A stretch of DNA of 64,000 bases from Terriglobia bacterium (GTDB lineage Bacteria; Acidobacteriota; Polarisedimenticolia; Polarisedimenticolales; CAVOVZ01): the NCBI GenBank assembly GCA_963699985.1, contig CAVOVZ010000027.1:16128-80127 (forward strand), in the 5' to 3' direction. The stretch's first letter is position 1, and each line of letters starts with the position of its first letter. Both the position numbers and the translations under genes were made by a program. The notes below the pieces were generated by a model, which was given only the letters and a program-made list of their open reading frames with translations, did not search any database and was not told the origin of the DNA. This document shows positions 36,601 through 46,897 of the stretch, piece after piece.

Positions 36601-37449
36601 CGAGGCCTCGGTGCCTCTTTGCCGCCAGCTCGGACCTGGCTCGACACCCTCCGACATAGCCTGATTCCTTACCCAGGTACGCGACCTAGTGCCATGCCGG
36701 TCGTCCGTAGTCGTCATAGGTCGCATGAGCGAAACGGACCTTTGAGGTTGTTCCTGAAACGCCGGGCAGCGCGGGGATCGCGGCTAAGTCGAAACCCCGA
36801 AGGCACGCTCGCAGCACCGCTCACGTTTGCCGAAGGGCGCCACACGCTCATCGCCTCGTCGAACTGCGCGGCAATCTCTCTCGCGGCTTGGCAATACCTC
36901 TGAGGGCGATGTGACACGCGACGCCTCAGGGAACTTGCTTTGTTTGGTACGCCTCTCTGCACCACTGGTCAATGCTCGAATGACGACCGATACGATCCGC
37001 AATTAGTGGACACAGCCGGCCGGCCGTCAGCAGTCGTTGCCCAATCGTCCGCGCACGTCGCCTCACGCTGGAAGCCGGACATGCGGCACACAATCGGCTC
37101 ATGAAGCGGCGGTTTGGCGGCGGTTCCGGCGGCCAACCGGCACGTTGGCGGCACGTTTCGCGACGAATGCGGCGCTTTCAGCAGGCCGCGGAGGCGCCCG
37201 ATTCCACGCATCGCATTGTCAAATCAAGTAGTTAGCGCCAACGCGGCAACCGGCAGATCGGGAAACCCCGTTCCGAACATGCCGCTTGGTGGGCGATTTG
37301 GGCACCCCAGGCGTCCCCGCAGGAGCGGTTTCGGTCCCCGCCAGCCCGCACCGGGCGCGATTTCCGTCCCGGGCACTCACGCCGAGGGCCGTTTTCGACC
37401 CGCCCGTTCGATCGCCGCAGGACGGCTCGAAGGATCGAGATCGCCGCGT

Positions 37450-39075
37450 CTACCAGACCGCATGCAGGATCGGGTCACAGAACTCGTCCTCGTTGCCCAG
37501 CCAGTGGACCGTGTAGTCCCCCAAGAAGAACCGGGTCGCAGCGATGCAGTCGTAGGTGAACGCCAGCGAGAAGTGGTTCGTCCCCGTCTTCACGTACCGG
37601 AACGATCGCGCCCCCGTCTCCTCGTCCTCCACGAGCCGCTTCGCGTCGGCCGCCAGGTGCTCGGCGAACTCCTGAACGACGGGCCCGCCCCGGGGGAGGA
37701 CCACCCTGCGGTCCCGGATCGCCTGGCGGCTGGCGTCCAGCGCCTCGGTCCGGTTCTCCTGGACGATCTGCTCGTGGTCCCACTGGTACGTCCCGCGCTG
37801 GGACTCCAGGAAGTAGTTCAAGCAGACCGCCCGGATGGCGGTTGGCGAACGCCCGCGTGGCGTGGATCTCCGGCAGCGCGTCGATCACGCACAACGCACG
37901 TGAAGCGCTTCATCAGCTCGTCGAGCTCCAGTAGTGCTGCCGCATGCCGATGTAGACCACTCGTCGCAACCCCGCTGGCGTCCCTCGTGGATCTGGCGCG
38001 AGACCACGACGTGCAGTTCCTTCCGGTGTCGACGCCCATCGTGCAGGCCTCGGTCGTCGACCGTCGAGCATCCCGTACTCGCCGCAGCAGGCCAGCACCT
38101 CGTCGCCGTCAGCCGGTTCTGGGTGTCCGCCCAGGCGATGCCGATCTTCAGGTTGTAGAACCGCTCAGGAACCGGGTCGTCCGGTACTCCGCAGGATCTC
38201 CCCGGGGTCGACCTTGACGAGATGAGCTGGGAGACGTAGCCGTGGATCGGCCGGTCCGGGAAGTCTGCGACCCACTCCCCCTGGTCGAGGTCGAGCGGCT
38301 CACCGCACCGGGACAGGCGCGGTAGTAGCTGCCGTCGTCGCGCTCCCGGATGATCCGGACCTCCTGGCCGAGCTTCTTCGGGAACTCCTTGTCGAGCGCG
38401 GTCCAGTGCCCGCAGCCCGGGCACTTCAGCGTCCAGTGCCGCTGGTCCGAATGCTGGAAGGCCTCGTCGATCCCGTAGCCGGGCAGGGACGGGTTCGAAA
38501 GCTCCACCAGCCGTCGTAGTCGGAGTGGCAAGGCGCTCCCTCGCCCGGGTCTTCGCGTCCGGGGTCGCTTCGTCCAGCTCGTCGAACACGACCATGTCGA
38601 CGGGGACCGACTTCATCCCGACCGTCGACTGCATGCCGCGGAAGTACAGGTACGCGGAGCCGATCCGCTTCAGGCCGGCGGTATCGGTGTCCTCCATCTT
38701 CCGCGACAGGAACGGGTTTTCGGCGATGAGCGGACCGACGCGCGACTTCGAGAATTCCAGCACGTCGGTGCGGGTCGGGAAGAAGTACATCCCGTTCAGA
38801 CCCATGACGCAGGCGTGGACGGCGGAGGACCGCCCAGGTCGTGCCGCCGATCTGCGCGGCCTTCACAGGACGACGTGCGGCGCGGTGTCGTCGTAGATCG
38901 TTCGGAGGTACTCGTGGCCCTCGAACGAGAACGGCTTGCCGTCGAGCCGGATGCGCCGCAGCGCCCAGGCGGCCAGCGGCTCGCTCGCCGCCCGGGTGGC
39001 CGCTTCGCGATCTCCGCGACCGGCCGCGAAGGTAGCCCCGGACGGGGAGCCCCGGTGGCTCGGCGCGGTCGGGCA
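37450..39075 (-). pseudogene. Phage terminase large subunit (GpA-like), multiple frameshifts
   Basis: Pieces lie in different frames: LDGKPFSFEGHEYLRTIYDDTAPHVVL / KAAQIGGTTWAVL / GMYFFPTRTDVLEFSKSRVGPLIAENP..VDMVVFDELDE / DQRHWTLKCPGCGHW / GEWVADFPDRPIHGYVSQL / FYNLKIGIAWAD / FRYVKTGTNHFSLAFTYD. Confidence 0.7.
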
Positions 39076-39585
39076 TCCTCCGCTCCTCCTCGTCTCCCGC
39101 CGGGACCCGCTCCAGAAGCATCCGGGCGATCCGATCCCGCATGTCTTCGTCCGGGACCTCCTTCTTCACGATCCCGATGAACAGGTCGACCAGGCCGCGC
39201 CTGTCGGCCTCGGCCTGGGCGCGGATCTGCTCCTCGGTCTGACCGTCGAGCGACAAGCCGCGGGCGAGCCGCTGGCCCTTCTGCGCCCGCTCCAGGATGC
39301 CGGCACCTCCTTGAGCCCTTCGATGCCCATCGTCTTCTCGCTCTGCAGCGTCTCGAAGAGCTGCGAGACCACGACACCCCAGAGCTTGAAGTGCGAGCGT
39401 TCAGGGTCACGCGCTCGCTGGCGAGTTTCTCGACCAGCTGCTCCGCGGCCTTCCGCTCGATCTTAGACGGAGACCGTCCCAGTCCTCTTCCTTCTTCCAG
39501 GTGCCAACCGTGTGCGCCTTGTCCTCAGACGCCGGGCGATCTCGGCCACCGATGGGGCCTCGCCCGTCAGGAAGAGCGCCGGGCC
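39076..39585 (-). pseudogene. Terminase small-subunit-like HTH protein, frameshifted
   Basis: Fragments SVAEIARRL.., KAHTVGTWKKEEDWD, KIERKAAEQLVEKLASER, VVSQLFETLQSEKTMGIEGLKE, LSLDGQTEEQIRAQAEADRRGLVDLFIGIVKK in shifting frames. Confidence 0.4.
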
Positions 39586-39599
39586 TCCTCACGCTTGCT

Positions 39600-40254
39600 C
39601 TTCGAGTACCGCATCGTCCCGCGCCTCCATGAAGTGCCGGGCGAGGTTGGCGAGGCCGCGGGCCTTCCGGTCCCGGCCCTGCGGTGCCGTCGCTGGCGAG
39701 CTCGACCGCCCGCTCGATGAGCTCCTCCTGCTCCGGGGTGACGACGAACGTCATGACGCGCGGGAGGACCTTCTCCTCGCTTCTCCGCCTCGTCGGCCAG
39801 GAGGGCGGCGATCTCCTCGGCGGGAAAGTCGAGGAGCGAGTGCAGCTCCTCGAGCTGCTTGTCCGTCTCGGGGAGGAGCCCGGCGAGGTCCTCAGGCTCA
39901 GCTCGCCGAGCAGTTCGTGGATCAGCTGCGCCCGGCGGATCGGGACGTCCTGGCCCTGGAGGCGGTTCAGGGTGGCGAGCAGCAGTTTCGCCTCCCGGTC
40001 GTCGACGTCCCAGACGTCGCAGCGGACCTCGGTGTGGCCGAGATCGCGGAGGACCTCGACCCGGTGGTGGCCGTCGAGGACCTGGAAGCACCGGGCTCGT
40101 CGGGGTGCGGGCGGACGACGATGAACGGGTACCGGCCCGTCCGGTGGATGTGGGCCTTGAGCTTCTCCCTCAGGTCCTCGGGCATCACGTTGCTGTTGAG
40201 CGGGTGCGGGAGGAGGTCGTCGAGCGGGACCATCCGGGCGCCGATGCGCTTCAC
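39600..40254 (-). pseudogene. ParB-like nuclease domain protein, frameshifted
   Basis: MVPLDDLLPHPLNSNVMPEDLREKLKAHIHRTGRYPFIVVRP, then in another frame FQVLDGHHRVEVLRDLGHTEVRCDVWDVDDREAKLLLATLNRLQGQD. Confidence 0.6.
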
Positions 40255-40285
40255 GTCTCCTGGTCGGTGTCTGACGTTCAGTTCG

Positions 40286-41387
40286 TCATCGCGTGACCTC
40301 CTCCAGGGCGCGGCCGCTTCCCGCCAGGAGCGGCGCCGTTGGGTCCCAGCCGACCACCAGGAACTCCCGGTTCGCTTCCTTCTTCTCCTCGGTCGCGACC
40401 GCCGGCAGGTGCTGGTACTTGATCTCGATCGCCCGGGTCTCCCGGCCGAGCCGGCGCATCTTCTCCTCGAGCTCGCCGATCGTGACGACCGCGTTGCCGA
40501 GGGAGAGGAGCCAGATCGGGATGTGCCGGGCCCGTTCGAAGAGCCCGTCGATCATCGCCGCGCCGTCCCTGGCGGTGAACGGGCTGGTGGGGCGGCGTCG
40601 CGCCTTCCAGGATCTCGTCGATGACCTGGTACTCCTTCTCGTAGCTCATGACGCCGGGATACGGCGGGTCGAAGTAGGCGACGTCGGCCTCGATCGTCGG
40701 GAGCACGTCGAAGACGCTCTCCTTCAGGACTCGGGCCTCGCCCTGGAACACGCCGGCGTTGATCTGCTGCGGCGAGCTCCCACAGCCTCTCCGGCCGGGT
40801 CAGCCGGAGGCCGTCGACGTAGTGGTGCACGCAGGACTCCGTGATCGCCTCGTACTCGCCGGTGGCCATCCGGTGGATCGTTCCTTTGCGGACCTGGCTC
40901 ATCGGGTGCGCGAGGAGCGCGACCCGGATGGCGAGCATCCTCAGGAGCGCGGCCTTCGCGGGGTCGGCGGTCACGCGAGCCTGGCGAGCGCGCGGTCGAT
41001 GAGCCGGGCGACGTTCGCGGTGAACACCGCCGGGACCATCTCCCGCTCGATGCGCATCGCCGGCTCCGGGTTCGGCGCGAGGAGCCGGAGCACGTCCTCG
41101 CGGGTGAGCTTGACGCGGGAGTTCTCGATCAGCGCCCGGCCGACGACGATCGACCGTTCCGCGATGTCGGTGGCGACGACCCGGAATCCCAGCGCCTTGG
41201 CGTAGAGCGAGACGGAACCGCCGCCCAGGAACCCGTCCAGGAACGTCCGACCCGGCCACAGCCGCCGCGGAAGCAGCCGGTCGACCTCCCGGAAGATCAG
41301 CGGGCACAGCCGCCGCTTGCCGCCCAGGTACGGGAACAACGCACCGAAGAACGCCAGCTTCCTGCGAGAACGCGCGGTCTTTCTCAT
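40286..41387 (-). pseudogene. N6-adenine DNA methyltransferase (D12/Dam class), frameshifted
   Basis: N-terminus LFPYLGGKRRL, later AYFDPPYPGVMSYEKEY in a second frame and a C-terminal segment in a third. Confidence 0.7.
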
Positions 41388-41905
41388 CGCTTCACCATCG
41401 CCATGGCGGCAGTCCTGCAAGCAGTTCGCCTCATGACGCAATCGCCTTCTGATCCGCTTGATGTTGCTGGGAACCCGAGCACTCCTTGCCTCGACGCGGA
41501 ACGGACCGCGAAAGGAGACCACGATGGGAACCGAGAAGCAGGAGAAGGAAGGACGGAGGTCAAGAGCAAGCGAACCAAGGGGAGACGAAGGGCTGCGAAG
41601 GCGAAGCCACGAACGACGCCGAAGAAGGAGAAGGCGCCGAAAGAGAGAAGATCTGCCGCGTGTTCGCTTAGGGTCGCGACGCCGAGCGGACGCGTTCCAC
41701 AAGGCGACCGGGCCGCGGGCGCGACCCGGTTCCCCGCGCGGTGATGGCGTCTTCGCCAACGGGGACGAGACGGCGTTCCGCGCGCTGGTGAAGGAGGCTC
41801 GCGAAGCCCGAGCCTGATCCCACCGCATCGAGACGGCCCGCGGGTGGCGACGCTCGCGGGCCGTCCGTCCCTCTGGGCGTTCGGGATCGCCTCGAAAGAC
41901 GGCGT

Positions 41906-43237
41906 TCATCGCCTCTCGCTCGCCACCGCGGCCTTCGCTGGCCGTGCGCCGCCCTCACACAGCCGCATGTTCGCCGGGCTGAATAGAAGCTCGACCGTCT
42001 TCCCCGCCATCCCCTGCCGTGCCTTCAGCACCTTCAGCATCAGCGTGGGGTCCTCCGCTCGCGGCCTCCACATCCCGACGAGGATGTCCGCGTTCTCTTC
42101 GATCGTCCCGCTGTCCCGTGCCCCCTCGAGGGACGGGAGCTCTTGCCCTTGCCCCCCGCTTCGCCGCGACCGACCTGGCAGAGGTTCACCACCAGCACCT
42201 CCTTGGTCTTCGCCAGCTCCTTCAGCTCGCGACTGAGACGAGACGACTTCTCGTACGGCGACTCCCCCTTCTGGCCGGCGAGATACTGGAAGTAGTCGAT
42301 GACGATCGCTCGAATGCGGCGGCCGTGCTGCCTCTGCCACAGTTCGATCCCCCGCTCGACGGCGCTGAGCGGCTGCCGCGCTTGCGCGAACAGGCAGTAG
42401 CGGTCAGTCGTCAGCCTGCGGTACTCGGACGGCACTCGGCCGGAACGCATGGCGTGCATCACTTCCGCCTGCGTCCATCCCTCGATAATCCGGATCAGGC
42501 GGTCCGTCGCGAGCGTGCCCTCCATTTCGAGGCTCGCGAAGAGGACTCCCCAGTCGCCGGGTTGGCGGAGCCAGTTCGCCGCGAGGTTCAAGCCGACGGC
42601 CGACTTGCCGACCCCGGTCCGTCCCAGCAACGTGATCACGCTCCCGGGGTGGATCTGGCCGACCGCCTCGTCGAAGCTGGGCCACCCGGTCGTCGTGCTC
42701 CACTCCTCCACGCGCTGGTAGAACTCCCTCAGCCTCGTCTCCGCCTGCATCGGCTCCATCGCTTGCTCGAGGGGCCAGTAGCGATCGCGAGCTTCCCGGA
42801 TCCTCCGTTCCCGCCACTCCTCGATCTCCTCGGGCTTCCAGCCGGGACCCTGCGCCAGCCGGCAGACCTCGTCCTCGATCCGGACGACGTCTCGCTGATG
42901 AGCCACGCGCTTCAGTCGCTCGACGTAGCCATCGAAGGCGCTGGTGACCGCTCCGAATCCAGGAGGGCGCCGAGTTCGGCGTGCGCGACTCGCCCGTCTG
43001 TTCCTGTATCCGGGAACGGACCAGCACGATGTCCGAGGGCAGCCCGTCAGCATCCAGCGAGGCCATGGTCTCGTACACGGCGCGATGGAAACCGGAGTAG
43101 AAGGCGTCGCTGTCGAAGTCGCACCGCCGAATCAGCTCCGGTCGTAGCAGGATGCAGTTCAGGACCGCCGCCTCGACACCGGGGTCGTGAGGCAACGTCC
43201 GATGTTGGTCATGCCACACCTCGACCTTGACTCGCAC
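41906..43237 (-). pseudogene. DnaB-family replicative helicase, frameshifted
   Basis: N-domain LPHDPGVEAAVLNCILLRPELI..FYSGFHRAVYETM. Walker A ITLLGRTGVGKSAVGLNLA. ..IVIDYFQYL... The C-terminus continues in another frame (ENADILVGMWRP). Confidence 0.7.
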
Positions 43238-43958
43238 TGGTTGCAGTGCGTGTGCCCAGGCTCCGCCGGCTCCGAGCAGTAGGCGCAGAGTCCGGGCGCG
43301 TCGCTGCTGGTCTCGATGGCGTACCGCTCCTGGTTGAGGTAGGTGGTCGTCATCGGGACGAACTGGCCGTCGTCCTTGGTCCAGTCCCGGGACTGTTTCT
43401 GGACCTCGAGGACATGGAGGAGATCGTCGACCCGGTCCTCGAGGCCGTCCCGAGCCACCGCTTCACGCACCTCTTCGGGTCCACCCGTCGCCGTGCCGGG
43501 TAGGCGGACCACCACCGCTCGAAGCCTGGTGGTCTGGGTTCCGCGGGTCGGCGACCGCGCTCCCCCCTTGGGGGTAGGGGGGTGTTTTTCTTCTTTCGTC
43601 TCGTTTCGTTTCGTTTCTTTCGTGGCGCGCTATACGTGCGCGATACGTGCGCTAAACGCGCGCTATTCGTCCGCTGTTTTTCCGCGCCGTTTCGCGCTTT
43701 CTGCCACCTCGCGTAGTTGCCGGCCGTTCGCCTCCATCCAGCCGTGGGCGTGCTCTCCAATACGACTGGCACTCGTGATGAATTCACTTCCTCTAAGTTG
43801 CTGGCGCCATTCGGAGGGGTCTCCGCGCCACCCGGAGGCCTCCGCCAGAAGCTCGTCGGAGACACCCTCGGAACGCCGGTCTGGCGGTAGCGGAGGAGCC
43901 AGAGCCACAGACGTGTCAGGTGACCGACGGCCTGCTCCCGGGCGATCCCCAGCGACAA
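43159..43958 (-). pseudogene. Phage replication-organizer-like protein, frameshifted
   Basis: Fragments LSLGIAREQAVGHLTRLWLWLLRY, ASGWRGDPSEW..HAHGWMEANG, FERWWSAYPARRRVDPKR, DDGQFVPMTTTYLNQERY. These patterns are common in phage DnaD/DUF1376-type proteins (from memory). Confidence 0.45.
43590..43700. repeat. AT-rich iteron-like patch (candidate phage ori)
   Basis: gtttc x3 run, then five consecutive 11-bp units from 43630: ctatacgtgcg cgatacgtgcg ctaaacgcgcg ctattcgtccg ctgtttttccg. Lies inside the replication-organizer gene. Confidence 0.45.
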
Positions 43959-44068
43959 CGCGAACTGGACGGTCTTGGGGTGGTCGTGGACGCCGTCCTC
44001 CAGGCGATCGAGAAGGCGCGCGGGCGAGGCATTCAGGTCGTCTCCACTGTGATCGCGCTATGCCGTGC

Positions 44069-44272
44069 TCATGGCTCTTTCACACCATCGAGCAGTTCGC
44101 TCTCGGGCAGTCCCAGGGCCTTCGCAATCGCTTCAATCTCTTCCTGTCGCGCCGGAAAGTACCTGTTCGCGATCCGAACGAGCCTGTTGTAGGGAATCCC
44201 GGTTTCGCGGTGAAGATCGACGAGTAGCCGACCTTGCTCCGCGAGGGCGATTCGCAGTCTTCTTGAATTCAT
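44069..44272 (-). CDS. Cro/CI-type HTH regulator
   Basis: 67 aa; LRIALAEQGRLLVDLHRETGIPYNRLVRIANRYFPARQEEIEAIAKALG. Confidence 0.7.
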   Translation of the reverse strand: MNSRRLRIALAEQGRLLVDLHRETGIPYNRLVRIANRYFPARQEEIEAIAKALGLPESELLDGVKEP

Positions 44273-44382
44273 CGCCGTGCTCCCGCCGAAGAATCGATCG
44301 GCTGAGTCACGGTACGTTATGTGACGGGACGGATGTCACCCCCAGCGGATGACAGACTCTGGGGGGTAGATCGGCGAGACCG

Positions 44383-45098
44383 CTATGTCCGGGGACGGCG
44401 TGTCGTCGGCGAGCGCATTCGCATCGCACGCGCCACCGGATCGCGAGCGATCTTCTTCCCGATGGTCTTCGGATCCGTGCCGTAGTACTCGGCTATCGTC
44501 TGGAGCGCCCAGCTCCGGGCAGTCCGGATTCGCCTCGACCCTGCGGTCAATCCCGTCAGGAAGGCTTTGCACCACCGGCGGCGCTCCCGCTGTTGAGGTA
44601 TCAAGGAAGCGTCGTCGCGACGCGAGGGTGCCGGAACGAACCGACCGTCTTCCGTTTCGATTCCGGCTTCCACACTCTTCGGCGACTTGCGCCGCCGACG
44701 AAGCGCGCTCAGAAGATCGAGGATGCGCCGTTCGAGCGCCTCCCGGTTGTCTTTGAGGTCGAGAAGATCATGGTTCTCGATCCATGTCACCAGCCCCCTC
44801 AGGCCCGCAAGGAGCACGTCACCCTCGGGGAGCCAGCCTGTCTTCCGAGGCCGGCGGATCAGAACGTTCGCGGTCTTCCGAAGCTCTGCACGCGCTTTTC
44901 GGTCTGGGAAGTCGGGATCGTACTTCAGCGTCACCAGGGCCCGCATCGCTTGCTGATCCGTCAGGAACTCGATGTCGATGGCGACGAGCGGGGCCAGGGC
45001 CGTGCAATCTCCGTCCCCGAGGCGGTCGTAGAGCCTCTTGACCTCATCCGTCCACGTCGTCGGGTCGTTGTAATTCACGACTGGGCCAAAAGCGACGA
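44383..45098 (-). pseudogene. Hypothetical phage-region protein, 5' end cut off by the IS1595-like insertion
   Basis: Reading across the IS (46110 to 46080, then 45098 downward) restores ..TLRFQRFVAFGPVVNYNDPTTWTDEVKRLYDRLG... C-terminal HTH-like SWALQTIAEYYGTDPKTIGKKIAR. Confidence 0.5.
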
Positions 45099-46079
45099 TG
45101 TGCTTATCGGGTTGACTCCGAACCATACAACATCTTGTAGGTCGTCGGGGCGCGGGCGGTGGCCAGACCGAGAAGGGTCTGGAAGGCCGCCATGGGGGTG
45201 CGGCGCCTGTTGAAGCGGAAGGTGAACTCGTCAAGGTAGACCTGCAGATGTTGCTTGCCGACGCCGTGATGAGTGCCGCGGAGCCAGGTCTGGAGGTTGC
45301 CGAAGACCCGGTGCACACGAGGCAGAATCTTCGCCGCCCGCTCCGGGTTGCCCTGGACCTTGGGGCGGTGGCGGTAACCCATGCCCTGGAGCGGTGCGTA
45401 GCCTCCCCAGCCATCGGTCAGGACGACCGCACCACGCTGGACGTTCGCCGCAACGAATCCGGTGAGCGAGGCGCCGGACACATCGGGAACCACCTGGAGA
45501 CGCACCCTGCCGGAGCCCTTCCCGCGCACCTCGACGGCGCCCACAACCAACGCTTTGCACGACGAGTTGTCGTCCTCCCTCGAGGCTAGCTTCGGGGCCG
45601 CCGATGTAGACCTCATCCACCTCAACCTTCTCCTTCAAAGCTTCGCGGTCGGGCCGTACCATCGCCCGCCGCAGCTTGTGGAGCATGGCCCAGGCCGTCT
45701 CGTAGGAGTCCAGGCCGAGCTGCCGCTGCAGCTGCAATGCCGAGAGACCCGGTGTGTGCGTGGTGACCAGGTACGCCGCCCAGAACCAGAGGGTGAGAGG
45801 CATTCGGGTTCGGTCGGAGTACGTTTCAGCCGTGACCGAGGTCTGATAGCCGCAGGCCTTGCACTGCCAGAGCCGACGCCCAGCCAACTCGAACGCCTCG
45901 GTGTTCTGGCACCGCGTGCACCGGTACCCCTCGGTCCACCGACACGCCGCGAGATAGGCCTGGCAGGCTGCCTCGTCTGCGAACCGTCGCTGGAACTCTT
46001 TCAAGGACCTGGGGAAGTCGGGCCGACCCACCGCCGTACACTACCCATGGTGGTCTTCGGAGTCAACCCGATAAGCACA
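45099..46079 (-). mobile_element. IS1595-family-like insertion sequence
   Basis: Perfect 24-bp inverted repeats TGTGCTTATCGGGTTGACTCCGAA (45099-45122 and 46056-46079). 8-bp direct repeat AGCGACGA at 45091-45098 and 46080-46087. Confidence 0.9.
45104..46031 (-). pseudogene. IS1595-type transposase with one frameshift (~45600)
   Basis: N-terminal zinc finger (CTRCQNT..CKACGY), then ..VEVDEVYIGG, then in a second frame ALVVGAVEVRGKGSGRVRLQVVPDVSGASL..VVLTDGWGGY..HLQVYLDEFTFRFNRR. Confidence 0.8.
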
Positions 46080-46406
46080 AGCGACGAATCGCTGAAAACG
46101 CAGGGTCACTGCGGACCTCCAATTCCCCCCCCCCCAAGAACCCGGAACGGCTCGGGGTTACTCGCTGAAGGAGAATTCTCCATCATCGACTTGGATGGTC
46201 AAGACGCGCGCCGCCTGTCTTCATCGATCGCCGACACTCGGGGAGTCGGCTGAACTCGCTGCGCTTCTCGCTCGCGCCTTCTTGCGGTTAACGCAGAAAC
46301 CGCGCAACTCCGCCGTTTTCCAGGCCAGGGAGCCGCAGATTCCCCTTGATGTTCTGGCCCCGGAGAGCCCTCATGAAGTTGGGGATCGACCCCGCCGGAG
46401 ACCCCG

Positions 46407-46897
46407 ATGGCGGACGGCGTGATTGCACAGATCCAGGCTCTCAAGATGATGAGCGTCGCTGAGCTGCAGGCTCGCTGGCGCGAGTTGTACGGCGAGGACA
46501 CCCGATCGCGGAACCGAGAGTTCCTCTGGCGGCGGCTGGCGTGGCGGGTCCAGGAACTCTCCCACGGCGGCATCTCCGATCGCGCCCGGGCCCGGATCGC
46601 CGAGCTCGCCCCGGATGGGTTCGAACGCGCTTAACGCCGCGGACCCCGGCTCCGGTGGACGTCTCCGCCCCGCCGCCCCGACCCAAGACGGTCCGCGACC
46701 TTCGCCTCCCCTCGCCCGGGACGGTCATCAGTCGGACCTGGCGCGGCCGTGAGCTACGCCTGCTGGTGATGGAAGGCGGATTCGAGCTGAACGGCACCTG
46801 CTACGCATCGTTGAGCGAGGCGGCACGAGCGGCGACGGGCGCGCACTGGAATGGGAAGTTGTTCTGGGGCGTGACGCAGCGGAAGCGGAGATCCTGA
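46407..46897 (+). pseudogene. DUF2924-like protein, one frameshift (~46630)
   Basis: VIAQIQALKMMSVAELQARWRELYGEDTRSRNREFLWRRLAWRVQEL, then in a second frame LPSPGTVISRTWRGRELRLLVMEGGFELNGTCYASLSEAARAATGAHWNGKLFWG. The stop overlaps the recombinase ATG. Confidence 0.65.

Noticed and set aside
41400-41905. ORFs between the methyltransferase and DnaB pseudogenes (e.g. 41458..41817, Arg/Glu/Lys-rich)
   Set aside because: Low-complexity charged composition, no motifs, and conflicting frames. This is probably non-coding or a decayed small phage gene.
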